A DNA stretch of 64,000 nt, from assembly GCA_965248535.1 (NCBI GenBank), contig CBDFJR010000002.1:512001-576000 (forward strand), written 5' to 3'. The notes below the pieces were generated by a model. The model was not told the origin of the DNA and searched no databases. It was given only the letters and a program-made list of their open reading frames with translations. Every line of letters begins with the position of its first letter. Within the stretch, counting starts at the first letter, position 1. This stretch comes from Phormidesmis sp. GTDB taxonomy: Bacteria > Cyanobacteriota > Cyanobacteriia > Leptolyngbyales > Leptolyngbyaceae. This document shows, in pieces, positions 47,260 through 56,887 of the stretch. The position numbers and the translations under genes are program-made.

Positions 47260-47554
47260 CAATGCCATCCCAAAGCTCAGAGATAGGAAAGACCCTTCCC
47301 TCTTTGATGTCCTGGAGGGAGATGCGAAGATGCGCCAGAATCAGTTCATCGGGGTCGTTGTCTGGATTGCTGGGTCGAGTGAGAATCTGGCGATCGACTA
47401 GGCACTCGTAAAAGTCGTCAACGTCCATTTGAGCGAGTTGGGCGGCTTGCTCAATCAGAATATTCTTCTGTTGAAATAGAGCGATCGCGAGTTCGGTGCG
47501 GAGGTCTGCTTCACTGATTTGCAGAGCGTCGGGAAGGTCGATCGTGATTTGCAT
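47252..47554 (-). CDS. Antitoxin-like protein (UPF0175-like N-terminus)
   Basis: ELAIALFQ....EQAAQLA, then SLQDIKEGRVFPISELWDGID; coupled to the RelE-like gene. Confidence 0.75.
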   Translation of the reverse strand: MQITIDLPDALQISEADLRTELAIALFQQKNILIEQAAQLAQMDVDDFYECLVDRQILTRPSNPDNDPDELILAHLRISLQDIKEGRVFPISELWDGIDV

Positions 47555-47571
47555 GGTGATTCTTCCAGTTT

Positions 47572-50079
47572 TTATTTCACATCTTCGCTTACACCTTCGA
47601 GGAATGCCACCAAGCCTTTACCCCAGGGATTTTCTTGAGCATAGTGTTCGCCTACTTTTACGGCTGCTTTTTTGCCACCGTTCCAGAGCCGTTTAACATT
47701 CATCAGATCTTGCCATTGGGGAAGTTGTTTAGCTTGGATATCTTTAAACTCAGCATCAATGATCTGGAGCGCCTGCTGCTCGTCTTGGACAAAGCTGTAT
47801 TTCTGTTCCAATGCTCGGATGATTTGCACCACACTGTTAAGGGCAGCTTCGGAAGAAGACTGCTGAGTATTTTGGACGTTTTGAATCACTTTGGGGTTGC
47901 TGCCTCCTGCGGCATAGTTGACCCCGATTGTGGGATTGTGCTGATGAAAAATGGGTGCTTGTTCAGACATGAGCGTAAGCTTCTCCACAATGTATGTATT
48001 GACATTAGCATCCGGACTTAAAGTTGATCGCTCAGTCGTGTGTGGCGCTAGTTTCTGCTGAGCGATCTCATAGTTGTAGAACTGGCATCTGACTTGAATT
48101 TTAGAAATGGTAGAACAATACTCCCAACTAGTCTTTATTTCCAACTGTAGCTCCCGAAGAATAGTAAAGTACTCACCGCTTCCTCGGCTGCTTAGGTGAT
48201 AAGCAGCGGTCTCACGAACAACCTTTTTCTCATGTCTCAGAAATTGGATTAGCTCAGGGACAGATTTCTTTCCCCATTGTTCTTCTACTGTTTCAAACTT
48301 GTCAATTAAGGTAGCCCATAAAGTTTCTACATAGATTGGTTTACTCTTCAAATTCTTTAATAAGTCAGAAATCTCATGTTCCTTTGCTTGAACACCTAGT
48401 TTATTCACAGCCTTTAACGTCCCCAAAGCCCATAAATAGAAATCCTCCTCGAAGTATTCTGTCTTTGTACAGGCAATTATTTTTGAGATGGCTGGCAGCA
48501 TTTTCGATGCAGCTAATTGTCTATCTATTTTGATAAGTGAAAGGATAATATCTCTATAAATGCTAATATCTTCGCCTTCTAGCAACTTAAGCAACTCAGG
48601 AGCAGCATTCTTCGATAGCGTTTCCCCCAAGAGCTGCATCTTCAACCACTCAGGTACATCTAGCGTACCTAATATACCGACAGTCTGTTGTTGAAATCGC
48701 GGCTTCACCGCTCCCGCCAACCGTGCTCCTAATATCCAATCCACATCTAGGGATAACTTCACTACCCGCAATGCCTGGGTTTCATCTTCCAGTAAGGATA
48801 GCATTATCGAGATCGCCTCTGTCCACTTCAAATAATTCAAATAAAAATACTGCAAGCGTTTGCCATCCATCACATCTGGATGTTTGTTTGTAAGCATTAC
48901 CAGCAAAACTTCTGCTGCGTAATACTCTTGAAATAGCTGATGATGAAACTCAATCTTTTTTGGGTCTGCTGCTGTTTGTAGCAAATGATGATTGAGTAAA
49001 TCTTTCAGCCAAAGTTTTGCCTTTGTTGGGGCATCGATTAATCCTCTCTCAGTGAGCCATTTTTCTAAAATGCGTTCTGCCTGATCTTTTGGCAACGTAA
49101 GCCATGCTTCAGTTGGCTTCTGAGCATCCGCTTGAATCATGGTAAATGCTAAGTGTTGCAAAACCTCTGACTTAAATTCCCAGAAGTTTTCTGAAACAGG
49201 AACTGCCTGAATATCTTTTTTGATGTGTTGATAATCACGATCGAATCTCTGAAACAATTCACCCTTACTTTGGGGAATCTGCTGCGTGTCGGGATCGAAG
49301 ACATCACAGAGCATTTTCAACAGCAGTGGGGTTTCTGCTAATTCTCGCAAGCGATCGTTTAGCTGCCTCAGCAATGTCTCCCCATACTCTGGCAAATACT
49401 TCTGCACAAACTCTCGCATTTGAGGGTTGGTCAAGGGTCGCATTTCCAGCCGTTTCTCAATTCCCAAGTCGCCCCCGATCGCCAAATCTCGTGTCGTGAA
49501 GATCATCGGTGTCGTGAGATTGTCGTCTCGAAACTCCTGTAATTTCTCTCTCAACAGTTCCGAAGGAATTTCGTTAATGCCATCAAGCAGCAGCACTAGC
49601 TTATCTTCCAGCAGCCAATCGTCAATCTGCTCAACAGTGACTCTCATCTTGGCACGGCGGAATTCAGCAACAATAAGTTCGAGGAGAGGGCGATCGCTCT
49701 TCAACTGCACCAAAACCGGAATCGGCTGAGTATCATCAATCAACGCGGCAGCCGCCAGTTCTAGAAATATTTGCTTTAGCGTCGTCGATTTCCCCGAACC
49801 CGGTCGCCCTGCTAACAGTGTGTGTTCCCGTTTCTCACCTAGCGCATATTTGCGGAGTCCCACGATTACGGGGAACTGCTCGATTTGTTGATGCGGTATC
49901 TCTGATGTTTTGGGCTGTTTTGCTGTTTGCGCTTCCAGACACAATAAAGCATCCGTCGCGGTGTAGAGCGATCGCGGGTCACAATAACGGCGATCGCTGC
50001 AAACAAATCTCAGATAATCAGAAAAGTTAAGCACATCAAGGAAAAGGCAACTAAATGTCCTGTTCTCTATGTTACTCAA
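47572..50079 (-). CDS. NACHT-family NTPase with HEAT-like repeats
   Basis: Walker A GRPGSGKST, Walker B LLLDGINE, TPLLL and EFHHQLFQEYYAA, followed by helical repeats. Start uncertain. Confidence 0.85.
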   Translation of the reverse strand: MSNIENRTFSCLFLDVLNFSDYLRFVCSDRRYCDPRSLYTATDALLCLEAQTAKQPKTSEIPHQQIEQFPVIVGLRKYALGEKREHTLLAGRPGSGKSTTLKQIFLELAAAALIDDTQPIPVLVQLKSDRPLLELIVAEFRRAKMRVTVEQIDDWLLEDKLVLLLDGINEIPSELLREKLQEFRDDNLTTPMIFTTRDLAIGGDLGIEKRLEMRPLTNPQMREFVQKYLPEYGETLLRQLNDRLRELAETPLLLKMLCDVFDPDTQQIPQSKGELFQRFDRDYQHIKKDIQAVPVSENFWEFKSEVLQHLAFTMIQADAQKPTEAWLTLPKDQAERILEKWLTERGLIDAPTKAKLWLKDLLNHHLLQTAADPKKIEFHHQLFQEYYAAEVLLVMLTNKHPDVMDGKRLQYFYLNYLKWTEAISIMLSLLEDETQALRVVKLSLDVDWILGARLAGAVKPRFQQQTVGILGTLDVPEWLKMQLLGETLSKNAAPELLKLLEGEDISIYRDIILSLIKIDRQLAASKMLPAISKIIACTKTEYFEEDFYLWALGTLKAVNKLGVQAKEHEISDLLKNLKSKPIYVETLWATLIDKFETVEEQWGKKSVPELIQFLRHEKKVVRETAAYHLSSRGSGEYFTILRELQLEIKTSWEYCSTISKIQVRCQFYNYEIAQQKLAPHTTERSTLSPDANVNTYIVEKLTLMSEQAPIFHQHNPTIGVNYAAGGSNPKVIQNVQNTQQSSSEAALNSVVQIIRALEQKYSFVQDEQQALQIIDAEFKDIQAKQLPQWQDLMNVKRLWNGGKKAAVKVGEHYAQENPWGKGLVAFLEGVSEDVK

Positions 50080-50117
50080 AACTTTTCTAATTACCTAAAC
50101 TCAGATACTCACACCTC

Positions 50118-50541
50118 TTATAATCGTTCTGCTGCCAACAGTGCGGGCATTAACACCGCATCAATGACGTGAATCACACCGTTATCAGTGAGAATATCGG
50201 TTTGAGTAACCAGCGCATCATTGACATGAACCCCATTTTTTTGATCGACTGCAAGAATTGACCCTTCAACAGTGGGTGCCTCATCAATTTCAGCGAGGTC
50301 ATCCGATCGCACATCCCCAGACAAGAATGTGATAAGCCACCACTCGCTTGAGCTTGGCCGGATTGTCTAACAAATTGTGCCGCAGGTCTTCGGGCATTTT
50401 TGCAAACGCCTCATCAGTCGGTGCCAGCAGCGTGTAGGGCCCTGGTTGTTCCAAGGTTGGCTTTAATCCTGATTTCTCAACGGCTTCTAACAATTTTGTA
50501 AACGAGCCTGCATTCTTAGCGGTTTCTAAAAGACTTGCCAT
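50118..50541 (-). CDS. Fasciclin domain protein, +1 frameshift near 50323
   Basis: GPYTLLAPTDEAF..VAYHI in ORF 50299-50541 joins SGDVRSDDL...NGVIHVIDAVL in ORF 50118-50324. Confidence 0.88.
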
Positions 50542-50619
50542 TGTGAAATCCTTGCAAATTGCTTCCTATCTAGAGATAGAAGCCGTGACGAAGAATTTCA
50601 TCCTTCAAAGGACTGAAGA

Positions 50620-51933
50620 TTAACGGCCTAGCGTTAGTTCATCTTTGTTGCCCAAAATTCCCTGGGGTCGCCAGAGCATCAGCAAGATCAGCAGCAATCC
50701 GATCAGCATTATTCGCAGGGCACCAATTTGATCGGCCCCCAACGGCACAAACTGATCAAGCGATCGGGTCAGCGTGGTGTAACCCCAAAAAATCGCTGCG
50801 CCTAATAGAGTTCCGCCATTGCTTCCGGCTCCGCCCAGCACGACGATCGTCCAAGCGTTAAACGTCAGATCGGTTTCAAAGCTTCTGGGATAGATGGTGC
50901 TGAGTTGCCAGGCGAGAAATGCTCCTGCGATTCCGGCGATAAACCCGCCTAGCATAAAGGATTGCAGCTTGTAGGCGAAGACGTTTTTCCCCAAGGCTTT
51001 GGCGACTTGTTCATCTTCTCGAATTGCTTTAAGCACCCGTCCCCACGGCGATCGTACCAACCGTTCTAAAGCCCAAAACGTCACGGCTAGGGTGATCACC
51101 GCCAAAAACATCAGTCCATTGCGAGCCGGATTTTCACTGTAGTTATAGAGGGCAAGGGCGCTGACGACATAGAGACAGCCTCCGAAAAGAGAGAGGGCGA
51201 TCGTGGATAACAAAACCGCTCCCGCTTCCCAGGCAGGCAGTTTAGGTAGAGTACGCCGAGCAACCCACTGATAGAGCCAGATGACTGCGGCTAGAGACGC
51301 GATCAGCAAAACGCCCTGTAGCCCTGCTGGTAGAACCTTGGAGACTTTTAGCCCCTGAAAAATGATGCCAATGCCCACTAGAATCAGGGCTAAGGAGCTT
51401 GAGTAAGCGCCTAAAACCAGACTATTTTTAGCGAGAAGCGCGGGGTCTACCCGTTTTGTCTGCCGTCGGGCCCACTGCCAGAGACTGCGAAGGGCTAGCC
51501 CTGCGATCGCCGTGATTACCGCAATCATGCCCCAGCGAGTCAAAATCGTGGGTCGGGTCAGACTTGCTAGAGGCAGCGAATAGCCCTGTACGCCGAAAGA
51601 GCCGCGAGTCAGCCATTCTTCATTTAGCGCCACTAATCGGACGACCTCAGACACGCCAATGGTGACGATCGCTAAATAATCTTCTCGCAGGCGCAGAGTC
51701 GAAAAGCCGATCAGCAACCCCAGCAGGGCTGCCACGGCTCCGCCCGCTAACACGGCCCAGATCATCGGCACCCCGTTTAAACTCAGCAGCACCGTGGTGT
51801 AGGCTCCAAGGGCCAAAAATGCCGCGTGCCCAAAGTTGATCAACCCCGTAAACCCCCAGTGCAGATTTAAACCGAGGCTAAACAGGGCGTAGACTGCCGT
51901 GAAAACAATGAGCGAGACGAGATAGCCGACCAT
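50620..51933 (-). CDS. Branched-chain/neutral amino acid ABC transporter permease (LivM/NatC type)
   Basis: GLNLHWGFTGLINFGH, LRLREDYLAIVTIG, SPWGRVLKAIRED and WRPQGILG motifs. Confidence 0.92.
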   Translation of the reverse strand: MVGYLVSLIVFTAVYALFSLGLNLHWGFTGLINFGHAAFLALGAYTTVLLSLNGVPMIWAVLAGGAVAALLGLLIGFSTLRLREDYLAIVTIGVSEVVRLVALNEEWLTRGSFGVQGYSLPLASLTRPTILTRWGMIAVITAIAGLALRSLWQWARRQTKRVDPALLAKNSLVLGAYSSSLALILVGIGIIFQGLKVSKVLPAGLQGVLLIASLAAVIWLYQWVARRTLPKLPAWEAGAVLLSTIALSLFGGCLYVVSALALYNYSENPARNGLMFLAVITLAVTFWALERLVRSPWGRVLKAIREDEQVAKALGKNVFAYKLQSFMLGGFIAGIAGAFLAWQLSTIYPRSFETDLTFNAWTIVVLGGAGSNGGTLLGAAIFWGYTTLTRSLDQFVPLGADQIGALRIMLIGLLLILLMLWRPQGILGNKDELTLGR

Positions 51934-52096
51934 AGAAAAGGGAATGCAGAAGTAACTGAAATCCTACCGCACCGAGGCACACAATCCGTAGCGGTTGCGA
52001 CGGTTGTCCTCTTTTGTGACCGCGATTTCTGAGCCAAAACTGGGCACTCTCAAACTATTAGAACTGCCTCTTGTGGTTTCAGTGGGGTTGTATCTC

Positions 52097-52315
52097 ATGA
52101 ATCTGTTTCGCAGTCGGGCCCATCATCTGATTGACACCCTCTCTGACTCAGAGCTAGAAAGCTTGTGGACAGAGTTAGAAACGCTCTATCACGATCTCTA
52201 TATGCTGAAAGCCATAGAAGTTTCAAAGCATACCCATCGACCTGGTGACACCTTGACCCGTGACGATGCGCTGCGGCTGTTGCCCCTGATCCAATCGTCT
52301 TCGCGAGCTTTATGA
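52097..52315 (+). CDS. Small hypothetical protein, possible antitoxin-like partner
   Basis: MNLFRSRAHHLIDTLSDSEL...GDTLTRDDALRLL; ATGA overlap with the next gene. Confidence 0.6.
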   Translation: MNLFRSRAHHLIDTLSDSELESLWTELETLYHDLYMLKAIEVSKHTHRPGDTLTRDDALRLLPLIQSSSRAL

Positions 52316-52614
52316 AGACCAACAAATCTGGTTCGATGGGTGGTTTATTGCTTCCGGCGCGGCTTGAAGTTCGCTACGATCGTATCTTCCTACTCGATCT
52401 CAAGAGCTTAGAATCGGCTGCGTTTCAAAAGATTCAGCAGTTTGTCTTTGGCGAGTTTTTCCAAATTAATCAGCTTCAAGATTTGCATGAGTTTCAAACC
52501 CTTGGCGCGAGTGAGATTCTCTATCGCTTTACGCTAGACACTTATTTGGTCAGCATAGAGATCACTGGGCAGATTATTAAATTCTTGCGAATTTTGCCAA
52601 AACCGAATATTTGA
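52312..52614 (+). CDS. Degenerate RelE-like protein
   Basis: VRYDRIFLLDLKSL...LYRFTL..Y.V.IE....IIKFLRIL follows a RelE-like pattern but lacks the usual basic catalytic residues. Confidence 0.5.
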   Translation: MKTNKSGSMGGLLLPARLEVRYDRIFLLDLKSLESAAFQKIQQFVFGEFFQINQLQDLHEFQTLGASEILYRFTLDTYLVSIEITGQIIKFLRILPKPNI

Positions 52615-52791
52615 TCCGCGATCGCTCAAGGCTTTATCCGTTCTCTCAAACGCTGAGGAGCAGAGAGTCACCGCCGGATTGTTGGCAGCTTTTCGGACTG
52701 CATTCTTAAATTTCTCCCTCAAGTTCTTCGCTCAGAGTCGCTAGCACCTATAGACTATTGGGTGGCGACTTCACAAAGGGCAAAGAATTCT

Positions 52792-54378
52792 ATGGACTCG
52801 GCTGCACTCTGGCAACGCTATCAAGGCTGGCTTTACTACCATGCAGGGTTAGAATTCTATCTTGATGTTAGTCGGATGCGGTTTGAGGACGAATTTGTCC
52901 AACAGTTAAAACCCAAATTTGACCAGGCATTTCAAGACATGGCGGCGCTAGAATCGGGCGCGATCGCTAACCCTGACGAAAACCGCATGGTCGGTCACTA
53001 TTGGCTCCGTGACCCCGACTTGGCTCCCAACGAAGATTTTAAGCAAGACATTGTGCAAACGATCGCAGAGATTGAGTCGTTTGTGCACAAGATCCACTCT
53101 GGTGAAATCCATCCGCCCTACGCTGAGAAATTTACGGATGTTTTGTCAGTCGGCATTGGTGGCTCGGCCCTAGGTCCAGAGTTTGTGGCTGAGGCGCTGT
53201 CGCCTGATTTTCCGCCCTTGGGCATTCATTTCATCGATAACACCGATCCCGCAGGCATCGATCGGGTCTTGGCTAAACTTGACGATCGCTTGACGACCAC
53301 GCTGGTGCTCGTGATCTCAAAATCGGGCGGCACCCCCGAACCGCGCAATGGCATGATCGAGGTGCAGCACGCCTTTAGCCGCCGCAACCTAGACTTTAGT
53401 CAGCAAGCTGTCGCGATCACGGGCAGAGGCAGCAACTTAGACAACATCGCTAAGTCTCAGGGCTGGCTGTCCACCTTTCCCATGCACGATTGGGTCGGCG
53501 GCCGGACTTCTGAATTTTCTGCCGTGGGGTTGGTTCCGGCAGCGCTGCAAGGCATCGATATTCGCGCCATGCTGGCAGGTGCAAAAGAAATGGATGCCGC
53601 CACTCGGCTGCCTGAGATCAAGGGCAATCCGGCGGCGCTGTTAGCCCTTGCCTGGTATTTTTCGGGCAACGGCAAAGGCGAAAAAGATATGGTGGTGTTG
53701 CCTTATAAAGACAGTTTGCTGCTGTTTAGCCGCTATCTTCAACAATTGGTGATGGAGTCGTTGGGCAAAGAAAAAGATCTCGACGGCAACACGGTTTATC
53801 AAGGCATCGCGGTCTACGGCAACAAAGGGTCAACCGATCAGCACGCCTATGTGCAGCAGTTGCGGGAAGGAGTGCCCAACTTCTTCTTAACGTTTATCGA
53901 GGTGCTGCACGATCGCACCGGCCCCTCGATCGAGGTCGAAGCGGGTGTGACCTCTGGTGACTATCTCTCTGGGCTGCTTCAGGGCACCCGTCAGGCTCTT
54001 TATGAAAATCATCGAGACTCCATCACTGTCACGATCCCCGAAGTGAATGCCCATAATGTGGGAGCGCTGATCGCCCTCTATGAGAGGGCTGTGGGCTTTT
54101 ATGGGTTTCTTGTCAACGTCAATGCCTATCACCAGCCTGGTGTTGAAGCAGGCAAAAAGGCCGCCGCCGTAATTCTAGACTTGCAGCGCAACGTTGTGCA
54201 GGTTTTGCAAGCCGAAAAAACGCCGCTGCCGATCGCCACCTTAGCCCTCAAAGCCGGAGCACCCGATCAGATTGAAGCGGTCTACAAAATTGTTCGTCAC
54301 TTGGAGGCAAACCAGCGTGGAGTCAAGCTCTATGGCAACTTAGGGCGACCCGAAAGCTTGACGGTGAGCAGTGTCTAG
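52792..54378 (+). CDS. pgi: Glucose-6-phosphate isomerase
   Basis: [33 protein letters not shown] and QPGVEAGK motifs. Confidence 0.97.
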   Translation: MDSAALWQRYQGWLYYHAGLEFYLDVSRMRFEDEFVQQLKPKFDQAFQDMAALESGAIANPDENRMVGHYWLRDPDLAPNEDFKQDIVQTIAEIESFVHKIHSGEIHPPYAEKFTDVLSVGIGGSALGPEFVAEALSPDFPPLGIHFIDNTDPAGIDRVLAKLDDRLTTTLVLVISKSGGTPEPRNGMIEVQHAFSRRNLDFSQQAVAITGRGSNLDNIAKSQGWLSTFPMHDWVGGRTSEFSAVGLVPAALQGIDIRAMLAGAKEMDAATRLPEIKGNPAALLALAWYFSGNGKGEKDMVVLPYKDSLLLFSRYLQQLVMESLGKEKDLDGNTVYQGIAVYGNKGSTDQHAYVQQLREGVPNFFLTFIEVLHDRTGPSIEVEAGVTSGDYLSGLLQGTRQALYENHRDSITVTIPEVNAHNVGALIALYERAVGFYGFLVNVNAYHQPGVEAGKKAAAVILDLQRNVVQVLQAEKTPLPIATLALKAGAPDQIEAVYKIVRHLEANQRGVKLYGNLGRPESLTVSSV

Positions 54379-54381
54379 GGT

Positions 54382-55221
54382 TCATTTCACAAACTTAGGT
54401 CGGGCGGTCTGAGTCTGTTGAAGGGTTTCTTCAAGAGATGTCCAGTCTGCGTGGTCGATTTCGTAGATCAGGTGGTCAATCTGTTCTCGATAAACTTGCA
54501 GCGATCGCAGCACCTCTGCGCGGTTGAATTGCGCCATCATCAGTCCCAATTCAGGATTGCCGCCCCCCACTCGACTCGTGTCTCGAAACCCTGAGCTAGC
54601 CAGCGCTTGAGCCAGTTTGACCACATCTGGATCAGCTTCACTGAGACAAGCCGCGATCAGGCTGGCGCTGACCATCACAGGCAGATGAGAAATCCAGGCG
54701 ACGGCACGATCGTGCGCTTTAGGCTGACACTGATAGAGCCGAACTTGCAGCGGACGCACCACCGATTCGACGAGGGCGATCGCGTCGGGGGGTGTTGTCT
54801 CAGTCGGAGTCAGCACGTAGGGGTTTCCTGCAAATAAGCCATGCAGGGCGGCTTCGATGCCGCTCTCTGCTGTGCCTGCCATCGGGTGACCGCCCACAAA
54901 ATTACGCCACATTGGGGCAATCTCTTGGACGATCGCAGCTTTGACTGACCCCACATCCGTTAATATTGTCGTCAACGAAATGTGGGGAATTAGCTGCGAA
55001 ACCGTTGATCGAATGTGCGCGATCGGTGTGCAGATAAAAATTAGATCAGTGTCGGCTAGCAGCGCTAGATCAGCGGCCGCTTCGTCGGCTGCGCCTCTAG
55101 CCACAGCTATCTTACACGTCCGTTCTTGACGGCTGACCCCTAAGACCTGATGCCCTAGCGATCGTAGATCTAACCCCAGTGATCCCCCAATCAACCCCAA
55201 CCCTACAATCCCAATTTTCAT
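54382..55221 (-). CDS. tyrA: Prephenate/arogenate dehydrogenase
   Basis: GLGLIGGS, DVGSVK, GGHPMAG, HDRAVAWISHLP and GFRDTSR motifs. Confidence 0.95.
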   Translation of the reverse strand: MKIGIVGLGLIGGSLGLDLRSLGHQVLGVSRQERTCKIAVARGAADEAAADLALLADTDLIFICTPIAHIRSTVSQLIPHISLTTILTDVGSVKAAIVQEIAPMWRNFVGGHPMAGTAESGIEAALHGLFAGNPYVLTPTETTPPDAIALVESVVRPLQVRLYQCQPKAHDRAVAWISHLPVMVSASLIAACLSEADPDVVKLAQALASSGFRDTSRVGGGNPELGLMMAQFNRAEVLRSLQVYREQIDHLIYEIDHADWTSLEETLQQTQTARPKFVK

Positions 55222-55329
55222 GGCTATCCATCTGACTTGTGTGCAGTGCTTCAGGCTAATTCTGATCTAGATTGGGGTACGTTAGCACCAGTTCGCCCCA
55301 CAATTTTCGCCGATCCGTTAGAGGCTCCC

Positions 55330-56880
55330 ATGAAGGCTGAGGAAGTTTTAAACCGATACACCACAGGGTCACGAGCGTTTTCTGCCCTTGACTTAAGAGA
55401 AATAAATCTAAGCGGAGCAAATTTGAGCAATGCGAGTTTTAGCCAGACTGACCTCAGTGTTGCCAACCTCGCAGGCGCAAATCTCAGCCGCACCGATCTC
55501 AGTCAAGCTAACCTCAGCGTCGCTAAACTTAACGGTGCCAACCTCAGCAGAGCCAATCTCAGCCACGCCACGCTCAACGTCGCCACTCTGACGATGGCTG
55601 ACCTGCGAGAAGCCAATCTTGTGCAAGCAGAGTTGATCAGGGCAGAACTGATGCGATCGGATCTGAGCGGTGCTGATCTGCGAGGAGCCAACCTCAGCCA
55701 TGCCGACCTGCGCGATGCCAAGCTGCGCTATGCCGACCTCAGCCAAACCAATTTGAGTCGGGCAGATTTGCGCCACGCCCTGCTCACTGAGGCCAATCTA
55801 GAGCAAGCCAATTTAGCTAGCGCCGATCTGAGCAGTGCCGATCTCACGGGCGCTGATCTCAATCACGCCGAGCTTCGACAGGCTAACCTCAGCCGTGCCA
55901 ATCTGCAAGGAGCCAACTTATCGGGAGCTAATTTTCGCTGGGCCGATCTGGGAGGTGCTGATCTGCGCTGGGCGGACTTGACGGGCGCAAAACTCAGCGG
56001 TGCCAACCTGACAGGAGCCGATTTAAGTCATGCGACGCTGCTCAACGCGACGTTGGTGCATGTCGATCTCACCCGCGCCAACCTAGCCGGAGCCGATTGG
56101 TCAGGAGCCGATCTCAGTGGTTCCACCATGACGGGTCTCAAACTGCATGGGGTCTCTCCATTTGGGATCAAAACGACTGGGGCCACCTGTCGCTGGATCG
56201 ATCTCAGTCAAAATGGCGACCAAAGCCAGATTTACACCTTTGCCACAGACGATTGTCAAGAATATTTCAACGAAACGCCCCCGATCGTCGAGATTGTGAT
56301 CGACGATCGGCTAAACACAGATGCTAACTGCGCCCTAGCGGTCACTTATCAGCAGGTGGCTCGACAGTGCGGCTGTTTGGCTCCTCCCCCCGAAATTGAG
56401 GTTCGATTGCGCCGAACCACGTTGACGTTTCGGCTAGAGCGAGATGAGCAGCTACTGATTGCGGCTTATGTCGCGATTTTTCCGTTTGAAGATCATCAAA
56501 TGACTCAACAGACGTTGATGAAGTTGCTGCACCAGATTCCCACTCAAGCTCTCAGTCACGATGCTGGCAAGATTCAGCAGTTTCAGCAACTGGTCACGAT
56601 TCTGAGTCAGCAGGTGCAGCACGTCAACGGGGTTAAACTTTTGCAGTCGATTCCGATCGCGCTCAAAAAAATGCCGTTCTTTCAAGCGCCCACCCAGACG
56701 AGTTTGATCAACTCTCATAATCAACGGCTGACGCTCTATCACAACCCCAAGTTTGGCAAACGCCCAGCCACGGCTCAGTCTGACGCAGGTCTCAATGGGC
56801 TACAGCAGACTCAGACCTTTAAGCCGCCGTCGGTTGAGGCCGCGATCGAGTTTGTGAAAGGCTTTCACCGTGGCGTTTAG
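55330..56880 (+). CDS. Pentapeptide repeat protein
   Basis: Long A(D/N)Lxx repeat run followed by a globular C-terminal domain. Confidence 0.92.
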   Translation: MKAEEVLNRYTTGSRAFSALDLREINLSGANLSNASFSQTDLSVANLAGANLSRTDLSQANLSVAKLNGANLSRANLSHATLNVATLTMADLREANLVQAELIRAELMRSDLSGADLRGANLSHADLRDAKLRYADLSQTNLSRADLRHALLTEANLEQANLASADLSSADLTGADLNHAELRQANLSRANLQGANLSGANFRWADLGGADLRWADLTGAKLSGANLTGADLSHATLLNATLVHVDLTRANLAGADWSGADLSGSTMTGLKLHGVSPFGIKTTGATCRWIDLSQNGDQSQIYTFATDDCQEYFNETPPIVEIVIDDRLNTDANCALAVTYQQVARQCGCLAPPPEIEVRLRRTTLTFRLERDEQLLIAAYVAIFPFEDHQMTQQTLMKLLHQIPTQALSHDAGKIQQFQQLVTILSQQVQHVNGVKLLQSIPIALKKMPFFQAPTQTSLINSHNQRLTLYHNPKFGKRPATAQSDAGLNGLQQTQTFKPPSVEAAIEFVKGFHRGV

Positions 56881-56887
56881 AAACCGA

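Noticed and set aside
55330..56150. 15-bp periodic DNA as a novel repeat element
   Set aside because: Fully explained by pentapeptide-repeat coding.
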